A DNA stretch of 64,000 nt from Prorocentrum cordatum (Eukaryota), in the NCBI GenBank assembly GCA_963575745.1, contig CAUYUJ010000037.1, positions 1 through 64,000 on the forward strand, read 5' to 3'. The position numbers and the translations under genes were made by a program. The first letter of the stretch is position 1. Each line of letters starts with the position of its first letter. This document shows, piece by piece, positions 63,960-64,000 of the stretch. The notes below the pieces were generated by a model. The model saw only the letters and a program-made list of their open reading frames with translations, had not been told where the DNA came from and did no database searches.

Positions 63960-64000
63960 GTGCATGTGTATGTGTATATGTGTATGTGTATGTGTGTATG
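63672..64000. repeat. (TA)n and (TGTATG)n microsatellites, truncated by window edge
   Basis: Direct inspection. Confidence 0.97.

Overview
GC-rich eukaryotic genomic DNA, almost certainly from a dinoflagellate. The evidence is a perfect 22-nt dinoflagellate spliced leader (DinoSL) at 11723-11744, several decayed SL copies, dinoflagellate-type PPR motifs (ACEKxGQWQ/EPDxISY) and AG|G with GT/GC splice-like sites; a Prorocentrum-like genome is my inference. About a third of the window is microsatellite (CAT/CAG, CCT/GAG, CTA/TAG, GAC/GTC), and most of the rest is 80-90 bp satellites and decayed retroelements. Most ORFs in the supplied track are repeat or GC artefacts. Supportable elements are: (i) an SL-capped, intronless ~2.6 kb insert with an intact 328-aa orphan ORF (12008-12994); (ii) a frameshifted LINE on the minus strand (~45700-51100) with an atypical endonuclease and an enlarged RT; (iii) a heavily decayed gag/RNase H/MT/tyrosine-recombinase (DIRS-like) element on the minus strand (~30400-39019), headed by an SL relic; (iv) an ORF built from amplified half-PPR repeats (~59730-61470); (v) a 216-bp MITE-like element; and (vi) a few candidate short host exons. 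The recurring theme is SL or SL-relic sequences sitting at the 5' heads of mobile or retroposed units. All protein assignments come from motif recognition by eye; no searches were run.
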